In this document: positions 25,781 to 37,019 of the stretch, piece by piece
Position numbering within the stretch: the stretch's first letter is position 1
Layout of the letters: each line of letters begins with the position of its first letter
From: Macrostomum hystrix
Taxonomy: Eukaryota > Animalia > Platyhelminthes
Direction: 5' to 3'
Length of the DNA: 64,000 nt
Assembly (NCBI GenBank): GCA_950097015.1
Contig: CATNEN010000003.1
Location: forward strand, 15,562,001-15,626,000
Made by a program: the position numbers and the translations under genes
The notes under the pieces: model-generated
What the model was told of the DNA's origin: nothing
Database searches by the model: none
The model's input: the letters and a program-made list of their open reading frames with translations, nothing else

Positions 25781-28700
25781 AATAGTTGCTAAGGGCAGCC
25801 ATTTTCAGTTTGCAAGTTTACTGAGTAATTTCCTGTGTTGCAAAGCAAGTGCAGACATATATGCTCGTATAAACATGTTAGCCTGACTTTCATGGTTTCT
25901 ATGTGAACCTGATTTGATATGAAGCCGTCAGAGTAAAGAAAACATTTTTATTTTTTGTTTATTTCATACGAGCATTTTAGACTTGCTGGAATTTTATCTA
26001 AAATAGTTCAAATGATTAATCTATGGCTAAGGCAGACTGATTTCGAGTTTTTACTAGATATACTACAACTCGGCCCTAGTAACGGTTACTAAGCGAATTG
26101 ACTGAAGCCGCAATTCTTAGCTTCTGTGCAGTTTTCTAAGCAGAAAATTAATAGAAATCAAACAAGCTTTTTAGAGCTATGAAATGGGCTTAAAAACTAA
26201 ATTAGATTGGATCAATAAAACTTATTATTTTGCAATACAAATCACCAAAATTAACCAGTTAATTCAAACCATTTAACCATTAAATAAACACTCATTTTGG
26301 AAAAAAATCCAAACTTTAAAAACGTGATTTTTTAAAGCGAAAAACCAGTCACAAAAGTAAATTCAAAACTTTGCACTGCAAATCATAAATATTTAAGGCA
26401 AAAAAAATGGTGCGAGAATTATGGCTAGGATAACAAGGAATCAAGTCCAAATCATTCACCTGTCTTCGTACCTCAAACGGCTATTGACGTGTTCAAAAAG
26501 TACTATTCATTGACTAATGATACTAAATGTACTAAAATGTTCTGGACTAATGACGCATAAAAACTTGTTTAGTGATTTGGTGCGATAAAATAAGCGATAC
26601 AGCATGGCTAAAATGTTGGATAAAAAATTGACACAGTGTAATAAAGGAAAAGTTTTATTACTGTTTTCACAGGGCGTAGCCAGGGGGTAGCAGGGCAATG
26701 CGCCCTCCAATCAGCTGACGAACCTATGTGGCGCTCCCTGGTAGTGGTGCCCCTTGGTTGTGGTGCCCCCTGGTAGTGATGCCCCTTGGTTGTGGTGCCC
26801 CTTGGTAGTGGTGCCCCTTGGTTGTGGTGCCCCTTGGTTGTGGTGCCCCTTGCTAGTGGTGCCCCTTGCTAGTGGTGCCCCTTGCTACTGGTGCCCCTTG
26901 TAGTGGTGCCCCTTGCTAGTGGTGACCCTTGCTAGTGGTGCCACTGGCTAGTGGTGCACCTTGCTTGTGGTGCCCCTTGTAGTGGTGCCCCCTTGGTTGT
27001 GGTGCCCCTTGTAGTGGTGCCCCTTGGCTGTGGTGCCCCTTGGTAGTGGTGCCCCTTGGTAGTGTCGCCTTAGAGTCGCTACCCCCCTCTAGAAAAAATC
27101 CTGGCTGCGCCACTGTGTTCTCATTTAGCAAACTTGTAGCATGAGTAGTGAATAAATTATTGGAGTAATAAAGTGATCAGTTACTGGTAATTTGGTTTTC
27201 AAAGCTGTTTTTCAAAATTGGTTGCCAGGGTTTCCGGTTAGCAGCATCGGCATTGAGCAGAGCAACTCTAAAAGCACCTATAGCTAGTAACAGGTGATAG
27301 ACCCATCTACGGACAAGACGGTCGCATTAATAGAAGTACTTATTGTCACTTTTGCCACCTCAAAAAGTTATCCCGCCAAATGATCAGGTTATTGAATATC
27401 CTGTCCCTTATCTCACCTGCTAAATGAAACACTGGCAATCCAATTAAGAGAAAAGTTGCAATCAGAAATGGCAATCAAAATAGGAAAAATGGTCACACCT
27501 AGCGGTGTCGATGCTGAAACTTGGCTCTCACTCACGCATTAGTTAAGTGTCCTGTCGAGTCTCATTTTTTCTGCAGCACAACCAGTACAATGTCATCTTG
27601 GCCGGGATTTTTCCTTTGTGCACCTGACTCCTGGTCATCGATGCAATGCCATTCTTGGTTGAATTTCACATAGGCTACGTAGTGCCCTTCCTTGATTGAT
27701 TCGCCCCTGTGGGACACGATGATGACTGGCTGACCATAAGTTTGGTCTTCTTCTAGATTGACCTTGTTGAACAATTTTCCCGTCTCTGCACCTCGCTCGA
27801 AGGCGATAATGGTGAACTCGCCATTCTTAATAGTTCTTTGTTGCTTATCGACTTTAGTCGACCAATCGCCAGATTCATTTTCATTGGTACGGCGTTCAAA
27901 CCATTGACCTTCCCCGAAGCTGGTGAGAACACCCTCATTGAATTTCACAAGCTTGAGAAGCTCCTGGAGGAACTCGATGCAGTCGCACTGTTTTCCTTTT
28001 TCAAACTGTCTCGCGGACTCCGCTTCTCTGCTGATGTCATTCACCAAATCTTCGGCTGACAGCTCTTTGTTCAGATTTTCGTGCATTGTTTTCAGAAATT
28101 GTTTTATTTTAGCTCCGATTTCATCAGCTGGATGCCGGATCCAAAACAGCATCTGCAGTATTGAATTGGCGTAGCAAAGATTAGCACCCGGAGGGTTACT
28201 CAGGCGACAATATGCTAGCTTAGGTTCTTCAGCTGGGGTCTTTGTTAAGGCATGCGGCGATGTAGAGTCTTCAGGTGGGCTACCATTAGACTGAGTCATT
28301 TTACCGTTTTGCTTATTATTTTGTTTGCTTTTTTTCTTATTTTCTGCGGCCGGCCGCGATTGGTTCTGGGCGACCTTTGCTACTTTCTCCGGTGTAGCAG
28401 CTGCATTTGGTCGGCGGAATAACTCATCAGCATATAGTAGTGGCGTAATCCAATCCTCAGTTTGGATTTGCCAAACAGCTGCCACGATGCGGAAGCCTTT
28501 GTGATCCGTGGGGTTCTGGGCATAAAATCTATCATCGTCGATGCACCACCAGCCCCCGGTCTGCCAGAAGTAGGTCACACAATGACCGCTGCTGCTGAGG
28601 GACACAGCAATGACAGGCTGACCAAATTCATTGTGAACAACCAGTTGCTGATTGTCTTCCTCGCTTCTGTTTGAAGTGGTAGAAAATGCATTGGCAGATT

Positions 28701-31700
28701 TTGAGCACACGATGGTGAACTCGCCAGCTCTTGCTCGATTTTGCTTTTGAAAAGCTGTGCATCTACCAAACTGGTTGAGCACTCCTGGACAAAACGACAG
28801 GTAGCTGAGCAGCTTTTCAAGGAACTCGATGCAGTCGCACTGTTGCCCAACTGGAAAGAGGCTCGGCTGCTTCTGTCTCACGGCTGACAGCAGGCTGGAA
28901 ACTGACTCCTGGCCTGACTGTTTCATTCTGTTCAAGAGAGGCAGCACTTCTGAGCCAAGTTGATCATCTTTGAGAAAGTCGTTTGGCTCTGCAGCCTTCT
29001 CTCGCATCCAGTAGAGCATCTGAGCGATGCAGTTTGCGTAGCCGACATTCTTGTGGTCCTTAGCCGACCTGTAAGCTCTGTCGTCATTGTTTCTCAGAAT
29101 GCAGTAGTGAATTAGGGAGCCCGGAATGATTCGAAGGGTCTCTACGGAAGATTTCTTTACACTGTCCGCTGTGGTCCTTACACTGTCCGCTGTGGTCCTT
29201 AAGCAGTCCGCTGTGGTCCATGGTCTGCGATAGGCAACCAGTAGGATGTCGAACTCTGAGCTTCTGGCTGGATCCTTGTCCACAATCATCCGGGCCCCAT
29301 CAATCCTGTGCCAGAGTCCGTCTTCCAGCAACACGCTGGTCACGTGACGTCCAGAGACTCGGCTCCGCGACACGGCGATGAACGCGTTCCCCATAACCGG
29401 ATGGGAGCCCAGACTGACGGGCGCGAGGCACTCTTCTCCCAATGACTGCCGGTTCAGGCACACGATGGACACGGGCCCCCTCAGCTGCCGGCTGTCCACC
29501 TGAAGGCTCGCCAGGTTGTAATCGGACCGTCTGGGCTTCTTCCTCGACTCGAGGAGCTCCCTCAAGTCGCACTCGATGATCAGGAATCTCTGAGCCAGTT
29601 CTGAAGGCATCTGCGAGATCAGATACAATGCGCACTCAACAGCTGTCAGCTCAGTGTCTAGCGGGATCTGGCCTTGGTCCTGCCTGCTGCGCAACACCTG
29701 CTGTACTTCGAGAGTCGATTCGAGCTTGGTCTTCGACTCATCCATGGCATCCAGCAGCTTGAGCAGCTTCTTTGACACCTCCGATTGTGCGAGGAATGAA
29801 TCGGACTTTACTCTCATCCAGTAGAGCATCTGCACGATGGCGTGGACATAATCGGAGCATTCGGGATATTCAGCAAGAGGCGTCAGCCTTTTGGCGAGTT
29901 GATCGATTGTTTCCTTTGTTGCTTCAGTCGAACTGTGTTTAAAAACTTCGATAACAATATCGAATCCCTCGGCATTTGTGTACGGATCTTCTTGTTTGAC
30001 TTCACCATATAAAATGCGGTACCAGATGCCTGAATGCCGCACGAAGGTCGCGTACTGACCGTCCGTTGAGCTTTGACCCTTGTGGGACACGACGATTTCT
30101 GGTGAACCAAAATGTGTGTTCTTATATTCTGCATTCTTCGGATTTCCTTTCCTGATTTTTGCTTCATCTCGGTACAGAATGCTAAACTCGCGTTTCTTAT
30201 TACAGCTTTCAGGTGCATCAATAATACAACCAGTGCTTTTATCTGTATGTTGTTTTACTTTACACTTGGTGTCAACGTCGTCATTTCCTTTTAGTTCGAG
30301 GAAAGGCATACACTTACAATTATTATATTGAATATGATGTTCGAGGCACTTGTCGTGGAATGTGGTGACTGCTGGTTGTATTGACTTTTCTAAAATAAAG
30401 TATAGAAAACGGCGCATTCCTATAAGGTCATTGTCGTGAAGCAATTGGGAGCCTCTTTCACAAGGCTCAGTTGCGTCTTTCAGGATTTTCATCAGAGAAT
30501 CCAGCAGTTTTTTCATCGGATCAATCTCGGTTTGTTGTTGCTGACCTTTCTGAGCTGGTTTCTGGCTGTCACCTTGCTGAGCTGGTTGCTGTTGCTGATG
30601 GTCACCTTGCTGAGCTGGTTGCTGCTGACGGTCACCTTGCTGAGCTGGTTTCTGGCTGTCACCTTGCTCAGCTGATTTCTGGCTGTCACCTTGCTGAGCT
30701 GGTTGCTGCTGCTGATGGTCACCTTTCTGAGCTGGTTGCTGCTGCTGATAGTCACCTTGCTGAGCTGGTTGCTGCTGCTGGTCACCTTGCTGAGCTGGTT
30801 TCTGGCTGCCACCTTGCTGAGCTGGTTGCTGCTGCTGATGGTCACCTTGCTGAGCTGGTTTCTGGCTGTCACCTTGCTGAGCTGGTTGCTGCTGCTGATG
30901 GTCAACTTGCTGAGCTGGTTTCTGCTGCTGATGGTCAACTTGCTGAGCTGGTTGCTGCTGCTGATGGTCACCTTGCTGAGCTGGTTGCTGCTGCTGAAGG
31001 TCACCTTGCTGGGCTGGTTTCTGGCTGTCACCTTGCTGAGCTGGTTGCTGCTGCTGATGGTCACCTTGCTCAGCTGGTTGCTGCTGCTGAAGGTCACCTT
31101 GCTGGGCTGGTTTCTGGCTGTCACCTTGCTCAGCTGGTTGCTGCTGACGGTCACCTTGCTGAGCTGGTTGCTGCTGATGGTCACCTTGCTGAGCTGGTTG
31201 CTGCTGCTGATGGTCACCTTGCTGAGCTGGTTGCTGCTGCTGATGGTCACCTTGCTGAGCTGGTTGCTGCTGATGGTCACCTTGCTGAGCTGGTTCCTGC
31301 TGCTGAAGGACACCTTGCTCGGCTGGTTTCTGGCTGTCACCTTGCTGAGCTGGTTGCTGCTGATGGTCACCTTGCTGAGCTGGTTGCTGCTGATGGTCAC
31401 CTTGCTGAGCTGGTTGCTGCTGATGGTCACCTTGCTGAGCTGGTTGCTGCTGATGGTCACCTTGCTGAGCTGGTTGCTGCTGATTGTCACCTTGCTGAGC
31501 TGGTTGCTGCTGATGGTCACCTTGCTGAGCTGGTTCCTGCTGCTGAAGGACACCTTGCTCGGCTGGTTTCTGGCTGTCACCTTGCTGAGCTGGTTGCTGC
31601 TGATGGTCACCTTGCTGAGCTGGTTGCTGCTGATGGTCACCTTGCTGAGCTGGTTGCTGCTGATGGTCACCTTGCTGAGCTGGTTGCTGCTGACGGTCAC

Positions 31701-33602
31701 CTTGCTGAGCTGGTTGCTGCTGACGGTCACCTTGCTGAGCTGGTTCCTGCTGCTGATGGTCACCTTCCTGAGCTGGTTGCTGCTGCTGCTGCTGATTGTT
31801 CTGTAAATTTTTCAAGTCCTGAATCAGCGAGCTTGACTGTCCTGTTTCGTGTTTCTGAGCCTTCTGAAACACCACCAGATCGATCAGCAGCTTTGAGTCT
31901 GCTGCAGCCGTGAATACTTGCTCAAAAGGGTCGGGTTCTTTGACAGGTTTGATGCGGAACCAACTTCCGTTTAGTCTGGCGTGCACCTCATAGGTACTTG
32001 AGTTTGAACAGTGACCCAAAGTGAGAACTGGTTCTCCCAGCTGTGGATCTGAGCACAGACTCACGCTAGACTGGTTTTCTGGTTGAGCACTGCATTTACG
32101 GTTGAAGTAAAGAACAGATACTCCACTAGGGCCAGATCCGTGAGCAGTCACTGAGTGCACTGAGGACTTTAGCTCACTGAGAACGGTGCGCACTGGTCGA
32201 ATTGGGACTGTCAGCACCTGCTGTTCATGACCTTGCTGTTGGGTCCGCTCCACTTCACAATTTCGTTCGCAGCAACAGCAGGAAGAATAAGAAAACTGAG
32301 TCACTCCGGACTCCATCCGATTTTGTAGTAGTGCGACAACTTCTAGGAACTTCTGATGCTGATTCTGATTCTGATTCTGATTCTGATTCTGATTCTGATT
32401 CTGATGCTGATTCTGATTCTGATTCTGATTCTGATTCTGATTCTGATTCTGATGCTGATTCTGATTCTGATTCTGATTCTGATTCTGATGCTGATTCTGA
32501 TTCTGATTCTGATTCTGATGCTGATTCTGATTCTGATTCTGATTCTGATTCTGATGCTGATTCTGATTCTGATTCTGGCTCTGATTCTGATTCTGATTCT
32601 GATTCTGATTCTGATTCTGATTCTGATTCTGATGCTTATGCTTATGCTTATGCTTATTCTTATGCTTTTTCTGATGCTTTTTCTGATGCTGATTCTGATT
32701 CTGATTCTGATTCTGATTCTGATTCTGATTCTGATTCTGATTCAAAATGGACTTTAAGAGTGCCAGTAAAGTCTTCAGACGGTTAGTAAATTGCACTTTA
32801 TTGCCTTTCAAAAGTTCTAGAAGTTGCTGCTGAAAGTTTTCTGCATGACATTGCGTCGTTTGCTCTCCTGTCGTGTCTGAAGATTCTGCGCGGTGAGGTT
32901 CAGGCTCTTCAAGCTTGGCAAAAATGACGAGTTCTACCGAAGTTTGAAAATGATTGGTCCCTTCAATCACAAACTTCTTAGACTCATTGTAAAAAAGTCG
33001 CTGCCACTGATCTTCCACTTTCAGAATGACATCAATTAATTCTTTTCTACTCTCAGTTCGAGAAGTCACGGCCATCAGTGGCTCTCCGAGCTGCTCATCC
33101 TTGCACAGCTCAGTCAGAGTTCTGCTCGCCACTTGACTTGGAGTTCTCACGAAGTGAACGACGGAGACGGCTCCTGCACTGCCGACGTCAACTTTGCGCG
33201 CATTTTGGCAACTCGGCCCTAAACACAGCTTCTGCAGTTCCTGAAGCTCCTCCGTCCGCACTGGACGGAGGTTCACCGTGAAGATCTGGCCGTCTAGATT
33301 CGCTGGCCGAGCCGAGGACTCGAAGGTTTCTAGACTGCTCGCTTGAGCAGCAACTGATGATGGCGGCTGACTATCCAGAAGCTGCTGCAGCAGTCGGTTC
33401 TGTCCGCCTCTCTCAACAGCCAAAGCAAACTGCCTGCTCTTACTTTGCACATGCTGCACCAGGGCAGTGACCAGTCTTTGAAGCATTTTCTGGTCTCCGC
33501 CACTTGACTCCATCGACTGCATCGAGTCGAGCAGTTCGCAGAGCAGGCTGTCCAGACTCCCAGGCAGGCAGGTGGGCTCCATCAGCCTCATCCAGTGCAG
33601 CG
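25771..33602. repeat. Segmental duplication unit A (direct copy at 56697 to beyond 64000)
   Basis: Near-identical non-coding flank, MITE and CDS; offset ~30.9 kb at the left edge. Confidence 0.9.
26670..27115. mobile_element. hAT-type MITE with internal (GTGGTGCCCCTTGGTT/A)n repeat
   Basis: TIR CAG-GGCGTAGCCAGG...CCTGGCTGCGCCACTG; TSD TGTTTTCA / TGTTCTCA. Confidence 0.8.
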
Positions 33603-34857
33603 CCTGCACAACCGAATTGACGCAGTCGACTCCGTCATGAGCTCTGTCTCCCACGTCCTGCTTGAGAGCGCAGAAGCGCCTGTCGTGCCAGAACGGTGAC
33701 AGGTGGTGGGCGCACACGTAGAGCTTGACTCGAGCTCGGGAGCAGGCCATGAGAGCGTTTGCGTGCTGTGCCCAGCTCATGGCCAAGTCCAGCCCAGCTG
33801 TGGCCTCTTCGTAGCCTCCGTAGCGGCTCTCGCAGTCGCAATTGGCGCCTTCTGCGAAGCGCTTTTCGAAGTATTCGAAATTCTCTGTAAATCCCAGCTG
33901 ATTGGGATACTGGGAGAAATTGCCGTGCAAGTAAATCACTACCGGATATTCACAGCCGACGGCATCGCTGACAGGAACAACCCTCAGAGCCCGTGATTCA
34001 ACAACCTGGCCTTTTGAAAACTTCTGAAATAAAATTTGAGGAATTTCAGCAACTTTCATCTCCTCTGAATTCGGGGTCTTCTCAGCTAGCTGCTGAGCAT
34101 TTTCGCTTTTGGACTTTAGTTTAATTTGTTCGGCCTTTGTTCGCGCCCGGGCTCTGAAGCGTGCACTGTGACGCTGCTTTTTTCCACCTGACAGCGTATT
34201 TTGTTGTTGTTGTTTAGTTTGATTATTCATCTCCTCTGAATTCGGGGTCTTCTCATCTAGCTGCTGAGCAATTTTTTTGTCTTTCTCTACTTGAAACCCG
34301 TCTTTTTGAACTTCAATTCTCATGTCCTCAAACTTCAAACAGATCGGTTCTTTTAGTACTTTTAAGCGTGAGTACACCGAGTTGCTTGTAATCAGCACAA
34401 CATCATCCAAACTCAAGTATCTGAGAATTGATCTGCTCAGATAGTGATTCAATTGGAGCAAGAGGTCAGTGATGTTGTGAAACTTGATTTGCTGAACTTG
34501 ATAGCCGGGATACTGATGAGCCACTTGCACTTTTAGCGTGCTGGGAGCTTGAATTCCCTGTTGCCAATAGTCGGCGATGTTTTGGGTGTTCCGTGCGATG
34601 TGAAGTAGCCGAACTTTTTTGAACACTGCATTTTCTGTTCCACTTTGCTGGTCTGTCTGGTGCTTTGTGAGCCGCCGTTTAATGTCGGACAGATCAGGGC
34701 TGACATCCTCTATGGGAGCATTGCGGTCCTTTAAAATGAGTTCGTCACCTTCCCATGGATACTGAATGCCATGGGGTCTGTGCTGAGCAGTCAGCCAAGT
34801 GAATGATCGCTTTTGGCTCTGAACAGCACAAACTGAAGCAGCGCTTCCCTGATGCAC
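27562..34857 (-). CDS. Giant intronless gene copy 1, 3' part: SF1 helicase C-half + ~6 tandem USP (peptidase C19)-like modules with Q/N-rich linkers
   Basis: 2431-aa ORF. Helicase motifs IV ([11 protein letters not shown]), V ([13 protein letters not shown]) and VI ([12 protein letters not shown]). Last module has [12 protein letters not shown] / QCDCIEFL / GHYVAYVK...WHCIDD. Confidence 0.8.
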   Translation of the reverse strand: MHQGSAASVCAVQSQKRSFTWLTAQHRPHGIQYPWEGDELILKDRNAPIEDVSPDLSDIKRRLTKHQTDQQSGTENAVFKKVRLLHIARNTQNIADYWQQGIQAPSTLKVQVAHQYPGYQVQQIKFHNITDLLLQLNHYLSRSILRYLSLDDVVLITSNSVYSRLKVLKEPICLKFEDMRIEVQKDGFQVEKDKKIAQQLDEKTPNSEEMNNQTKQQQQNTLSGGKKQRHSARFRARARTKAEQIKLKSKSENAQQLAEKTPNSEEMKVAEIPQILFQKFSKGQVVESRALRVVPVSDAVGCEYPVVIYLHGNFSQYPNQLGFTENFEYFEKRFAEGANCDCESRYGGYEEATAGLDLAMSWAQHANALMACSRARVKLYVCAHHLSPFWHDRRFCALKQDVGDRAHDGVDCVNSVVQALHWMRLMEPTCLPGSLDSLLCELLDSMQSMESSGGDQKMLQRLVTALVQHVQSKSRQFALAVERGGQNRLLQQLLDSQPPSSVAAQASSLETFESSARPANLDGQIFTVNLRPVRTEELQELQKLCLGPSCQNARKVDVGSAGAVSVVHFVRTPSQVASRTLTELCKDEQLGEPLMAVTSRTESRKELIDVILKVEDQWQRLFYNESKKFVIEGTNHFQTSVELVIFAKLEEPEPHRAESSDTTGEQTTQCHAENFQQQLLELLKGNKVQFTNRLKTLLALLKSILNQNQNQNQNQNQNQNQNQHQKKHQKKHKNKHKHKHKHQNQNQNQNQNQNQNQNQSQNQNQNQHQNQNQNQNQNQHQNQNQNQNQHQNQNQNQNQNQHQNQNQNQNQNQNQNQHQNQNQNQNQNQNQNQHQKFLEVVALLQNRMESGVTQFSYSSCCCCERNCEVERTQQQGHEQQVLTVPIRPVRTVLSELKSSVHSVTAHGSGPSGVSVLYFNRKCSAQPENQSSVSLCSDPQLGEPVLTLGHCSNSSTYEVHARLNGSWFRIKPVKEPDPFEQVFTAAADSKLLIDLVVFQKAQKHETGQSSSLIQDLKNLQNNQQQQQQPAQEGDHQQQEPAQQGDRQQQPAQQGDRQQQPAQQGDHQQQPAQQGDHQQQPAQQGDHQQQPAQQGDSQKPAEQGVLQQQEPAQQGDHQQQPAQQGDNQQQPAQQGDHQQQPAQQGDHQQQPAQQGDHQQQPAQQGDHQQQPAQQGDSQKPAEQGVLQQQEPAQQGDHQQQPAQQGDHQQQQPAQQGDHQQQQPAQQGDHQQQPAQQGDRQQQPAEQGDSQKPAQQGDLQQQQPAEQGDHQQQQPAQQGDSQKPAQQGDLQQQQPAQQGDHQQQQPAQQVDHQQQKPAQQVDHQQQQPAQQGDSQKPAQQGDHQQQQPAQQGGSQKPAQQGDQQQQPAQQGDYQQQQPAQKGDHQQQQPAQQGDSQKSAEQGDSQKPAQQGDRQQQPAQQGDHQQQQPAQQGDSQKPAQKGQQQQTEIDPMKKLLDSLMKILKDATEPCERGSQLLHDNDLIGMRRFLYFILEKSIQPAVTTFHDKCLEHHIQYNNCKCMPFLELKGNDDVDTKCKVKQHTDKSTGCIIDAPESCNKKREFSILYRDEAKIRKGNPKNAEYKNTHFGSPEIVVSHKGQSSTDGQYATFVRHSGIWYRILYGEVKQEDPYTNAEGFDIVIEVFKHSSTEATKETIDQLAKRLTPLAEYPECSDYVHAIVQMLYWMRVKSDSFLAQSEVSKKLLKLLDAMDESKTKLESTLEVQQVLRSRQDQGQIPLDTELTAVECALYLISQMPSELAQRFLIIECDLRELLESRKKPRRSDYNLASLQVDSRQLRGPVSIVCLNRQSLGEECLAPVSLGSHPVMGNAFIAVSRSRVSGRHVTSVLLEDGLWHRIDGARMIVDKDPARSSEFDILLVAYRRPWTTADCLRTTADSVRTTADSVKKSSVETLRIIPGSLIHYCILRNNDDRAYRSAKDHKNVGYANCIAQMLYWMREKAAEPNDFLKDDQLGSEVLPLLNRMKQSGQESVSSLLSAVRQKQPSLFPVGQQCDCIEFLEKLLSYLSFCPGVLNQFGRCTAFQKQNRARAGEFTIVCSKSANAFSTTSNRSEEDNQQLVVHNEFGQPVIAVSLSSSGHCVTYFWQTGGWWCIDDDRFYAQNPTDHKGFRIVAAVWQIQTEDWITPLLYADELFRRPNAAATPEKVAKVAQNQSRPAAENKKKSKQNNKQNGKMTQSNGSPPEDSTSPHALTKTPAEEPKLAYCRLSNPPGANLCYANSILQMLFWIRHPADEIGAKIKQFLKTMHENLNKELSAEDLVNDISREAESARQFEKGKQCDCIEFLQELLKLVKFNEGVLTSFGEGQWFERRTNENESGDWSTKVDKQQRTIKNGEFTIIAFERGAETGKLFNKVNLEEDQTYGQPVIIVSHRGESIKEGHYVAYVKFNQEWHCIDDQESGAQRKNPGQDDIVLVVLQKK

Positions 34858-37019
34858 CTATGTTCCCTGCTGCAGAAAACTGGAAAGTCGTCAAGGAGTA
34901 AACCTGGTACTTCCTTGTACTTTTGTTTTAGGAAGTCAAGAAATAGCGGCACTAACTTTTCTGCGAGCTGATCTACCACATTGTATGCGAAGTCACCAGA
35001 GTTAGTGCTTCTCAATTTATTGTTATTTATAATTTCTGAAATACTATGGTGAAGTTTCTCAGTCGCTTCCTTCATTGAGGGACTGGGATTTATAATTTTA
35101 AGCGACATACGTACTGTTTCCGGATTTGCTCTCCCCAGAGTGCGCTTATAATTTGCATCGTTAGTTTTCTGCATTTGGCTGTTTTTATCAGACATAAATG
35201 CCTCACTTTGAAGCTTTGAGCAGAGCTTCAATTCTATTAGAAACGTGCTCCAATTCATGCAAGTAATCCTTGCTCTCGCAGTCTCCATGAATTCTTTGTA
35301 ATTTTTGTCATTGTTCTTTGAAAGCAAGAGGTAGCACGACCGAGTATGGTCGTCTGTAATTGTCTTCCTCAGCTCATCGAAATCATTAATTTCTTCACTT
35401 TCAATTTTCTCATTTTTTCGTATCTCATCTAGCCGATGGAATTCTCCAAACAGTAGCACTGGGCGAGTTGAGTTTTCCAACAGTTCAACAAGGCCATTGA
35501 ATTTATCAGTTTCTAATTCATCGACGACTATAGGGATCAGCAAATTGTTCCAGAATGCGTTCAAGTCCAAGTCGTTGAGAACATCCTCAGATGCCACCAG
35601 CAGGCATTCTTTGCCGTCCAGAGCTCTCTTAATGGCAGTCTGGAACAGCACTGTGGTCTTTCCTGTGCCTGGATATCCGCTGATCAGCAGGCACTGCTCA
35701 GAACGTCTCAGGACTTCCTTCTGTTCCTGCGAGAAGAACACGTGGCCCTTGAAGTCTTTCGGGCTTTCCTTATCTCTGAGTCCCAAAATCTTCTTTGTCC
35801 ACAGCTCCTGCCTCCAGAGCAGGTCGTTGAGGAACTCGATGTGCTTGGCGTTTGAGTAGTGGTGCTCAGGACGGGAAATCACCAGCAGCTCGACCAGATC
35901 GCTAAATTTTTGCCCAGAAAGACTCAAAAAGCCAGGTTTAGCATCGTTGGAGAGCTGAAAGAAGTCATTCAAGTGGCTGGTTCCTTCTTCTGAACCTTTA
36001 AACTGTCCGTCTTCTGGTATTGGGACAAACCTAAGCTGAAACTCATCTTCATTGTTTGACTTATTGTATTTAGCCATGATTTTGTGAAACTTCAACTTTT
36101 CTCGTTCGGCTTCTGTGATATTCAAGTGATTGAATATTTTTTTATCTATCCAATCAAAAGTTGCCTTGCATTGTTGGGTCGCTCGCTTTATATCGCTATT
36201 GGTCTTGCACTCAATCAGCAGAATTCCTTCGCTGTACAGGCACACAAAGTCGCAGTTTTTCCCTTCTGGTCTCAATGTTTCATCCATTTGGGATGTTGTT
36301 GTTGTCTTTGTTGTTTTATCCCTATGGGAATAAACCTGGGCATCAACTTTGTGCAATGCGACTCCAAACGATTCGATTGACTGCAGGTGCTTAAACACCT
36401 CCAGCTCCAAACGGTCCCCGAGCCGTTGATCATTTTCATCCTTACTAGCAGAGTCTTCTCCGTAAGCTTTGTACTCAGGAATGAATGTGGGTGGCACCAT
36501 CAGCATGCAAGGCTTCGGCTCCTGACTGTCCGCTTGCTGCCGCTGCGAAGCCATTTGACTCCACCGCTTCCACTGCTTAATGTGTTCTCGGACCTCCTCC
36601 TTGCCGGCATCGCTGCCTCCGCTGTTCTCGGCCATCTGGCAGCTGCTGTTCTCGGCCATCTGGGAGCCACCGCTGTTCTCGGCCATCTGGGAGACTCCGC
36701 TGTTCTCGGCCATCTGGGAGCCTCCGCTGTTCTCGGCCATCTGGGAGCTGCTGTTCTTGGCCATCTGGGAGCTGCTTTTCTCGGCCATCTGGGAGCTGCT
36801 GTTCTCGGCCATCTGGGAGCCTCCGCTGTTCTCGGCCATCTGGGAGCTGCTGTTCTTGGCCATCTGGGAGCTGCTTTTCTCGGCCATCTGGGAGCTGCTG
36901 TTCTTGGCCATCTGGGAGCCTCCGCTGTTCTCGGCCATCTGGGAGCCTCCGCTGTTCTCGGCCATCTGGGAGACTCCGCTGTTCTCGGCCATCTGGGAGC
37001 CTCTGCTGTTCTCGGCCAT
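34791..37019 (-). CDS. Giant intronless gene copy 1, 5' part: Met-rich repeat + NERD/PD-(D/E)XK nuclease + SF1 helicase N-half
   Basis: 742-aa ORF with GDRLELEVF...CDFVCLYSEGILLIECKT (NERD-like E...D...ExK), Walker A GYPGTGKTT and Walker B-like LLLDDFP; overlaps the next ORF in the -1 frame. Confidence 0.75.
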   Translation of the reverse strand: MAENSRGSQMAENSGVSQMAENSGGSQMAENSGGSQMAKNSSSQMAEKSSSQMAKNSSSQMAENSGGSQMAENSSSQMAEKSSSQMAKNSSSQMAENSGGSQMAENSGVSQMAENSGGSQMAENSSCQMAENSGGSDAGKEEVREHIKQWKRWSQMASQRQQADSQEPKPCMLMVPPTFIPEYKAYGEDSASKDENDQRLGDRLELEVFKHLQSIESFGVALHKVDAQVYSHRDKTTKTTTTSQMDETLRPEGKNCDFVCLYSEGILLIECKTNSDIKRATQQCKATFDWIDKKIFNHLNITEAEREKLKFHKIMAKYNKSNNEDEFQLRFVPIPEDGQFKGSEEGTSHLNDFFQLSNDAKPGFLSLSGQKFSDLVELLVISRPEHHYSNAKHIEFLNDLLWRQELWTKKILGLRDKESPKDFKGHVFFSQEQKEVLRRSEQCLLISGYPGTGKTTVLFQTAIKRALDGKECLLVASEDVLNDLDLNAFWNNLLIPIVVDELETDKFNGLVELLENSTRPVLLFGEFHRLDEIRKNEKIESEEINDFDELRKTITDDHTRSCYLLLSKNNDKNYKEFMETARARITCMNWSTFLIELKLCSKLQSEAFMSDKNSQMQKTNDANYKRTLGRANPETVRMSLKIINPSPSMKEATEKLHHSISEIINNNKLRSTNSGDFAYNVVDQLAEKLVPLFLDFLKQKYKEVPGLLLDDFPVFCSREHRCIREALLQFVLFRAKSDHSLG

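Noticed and set aside
30471-32786. Plus-strand ORFs ([10 protein letters not shown] repeats, SD repeats resembling staphylococcal Sdr proteins)
   Set aside because: Antisense shadows of the Q-rich and (NQ)n tracts of the minus-strand gene.
27562-37019. Endogenous nidovirus (ORF1a/1b frameshift, papain proteases, SF1 helicase) or Helitron
   Set aside because: No RdRp and the domain order is wrong; the frameshift falls inside the helicase. No HUH Rep motifs, and the helicase motifs look UvrD/Schlafen-like rather than Pif1-like.
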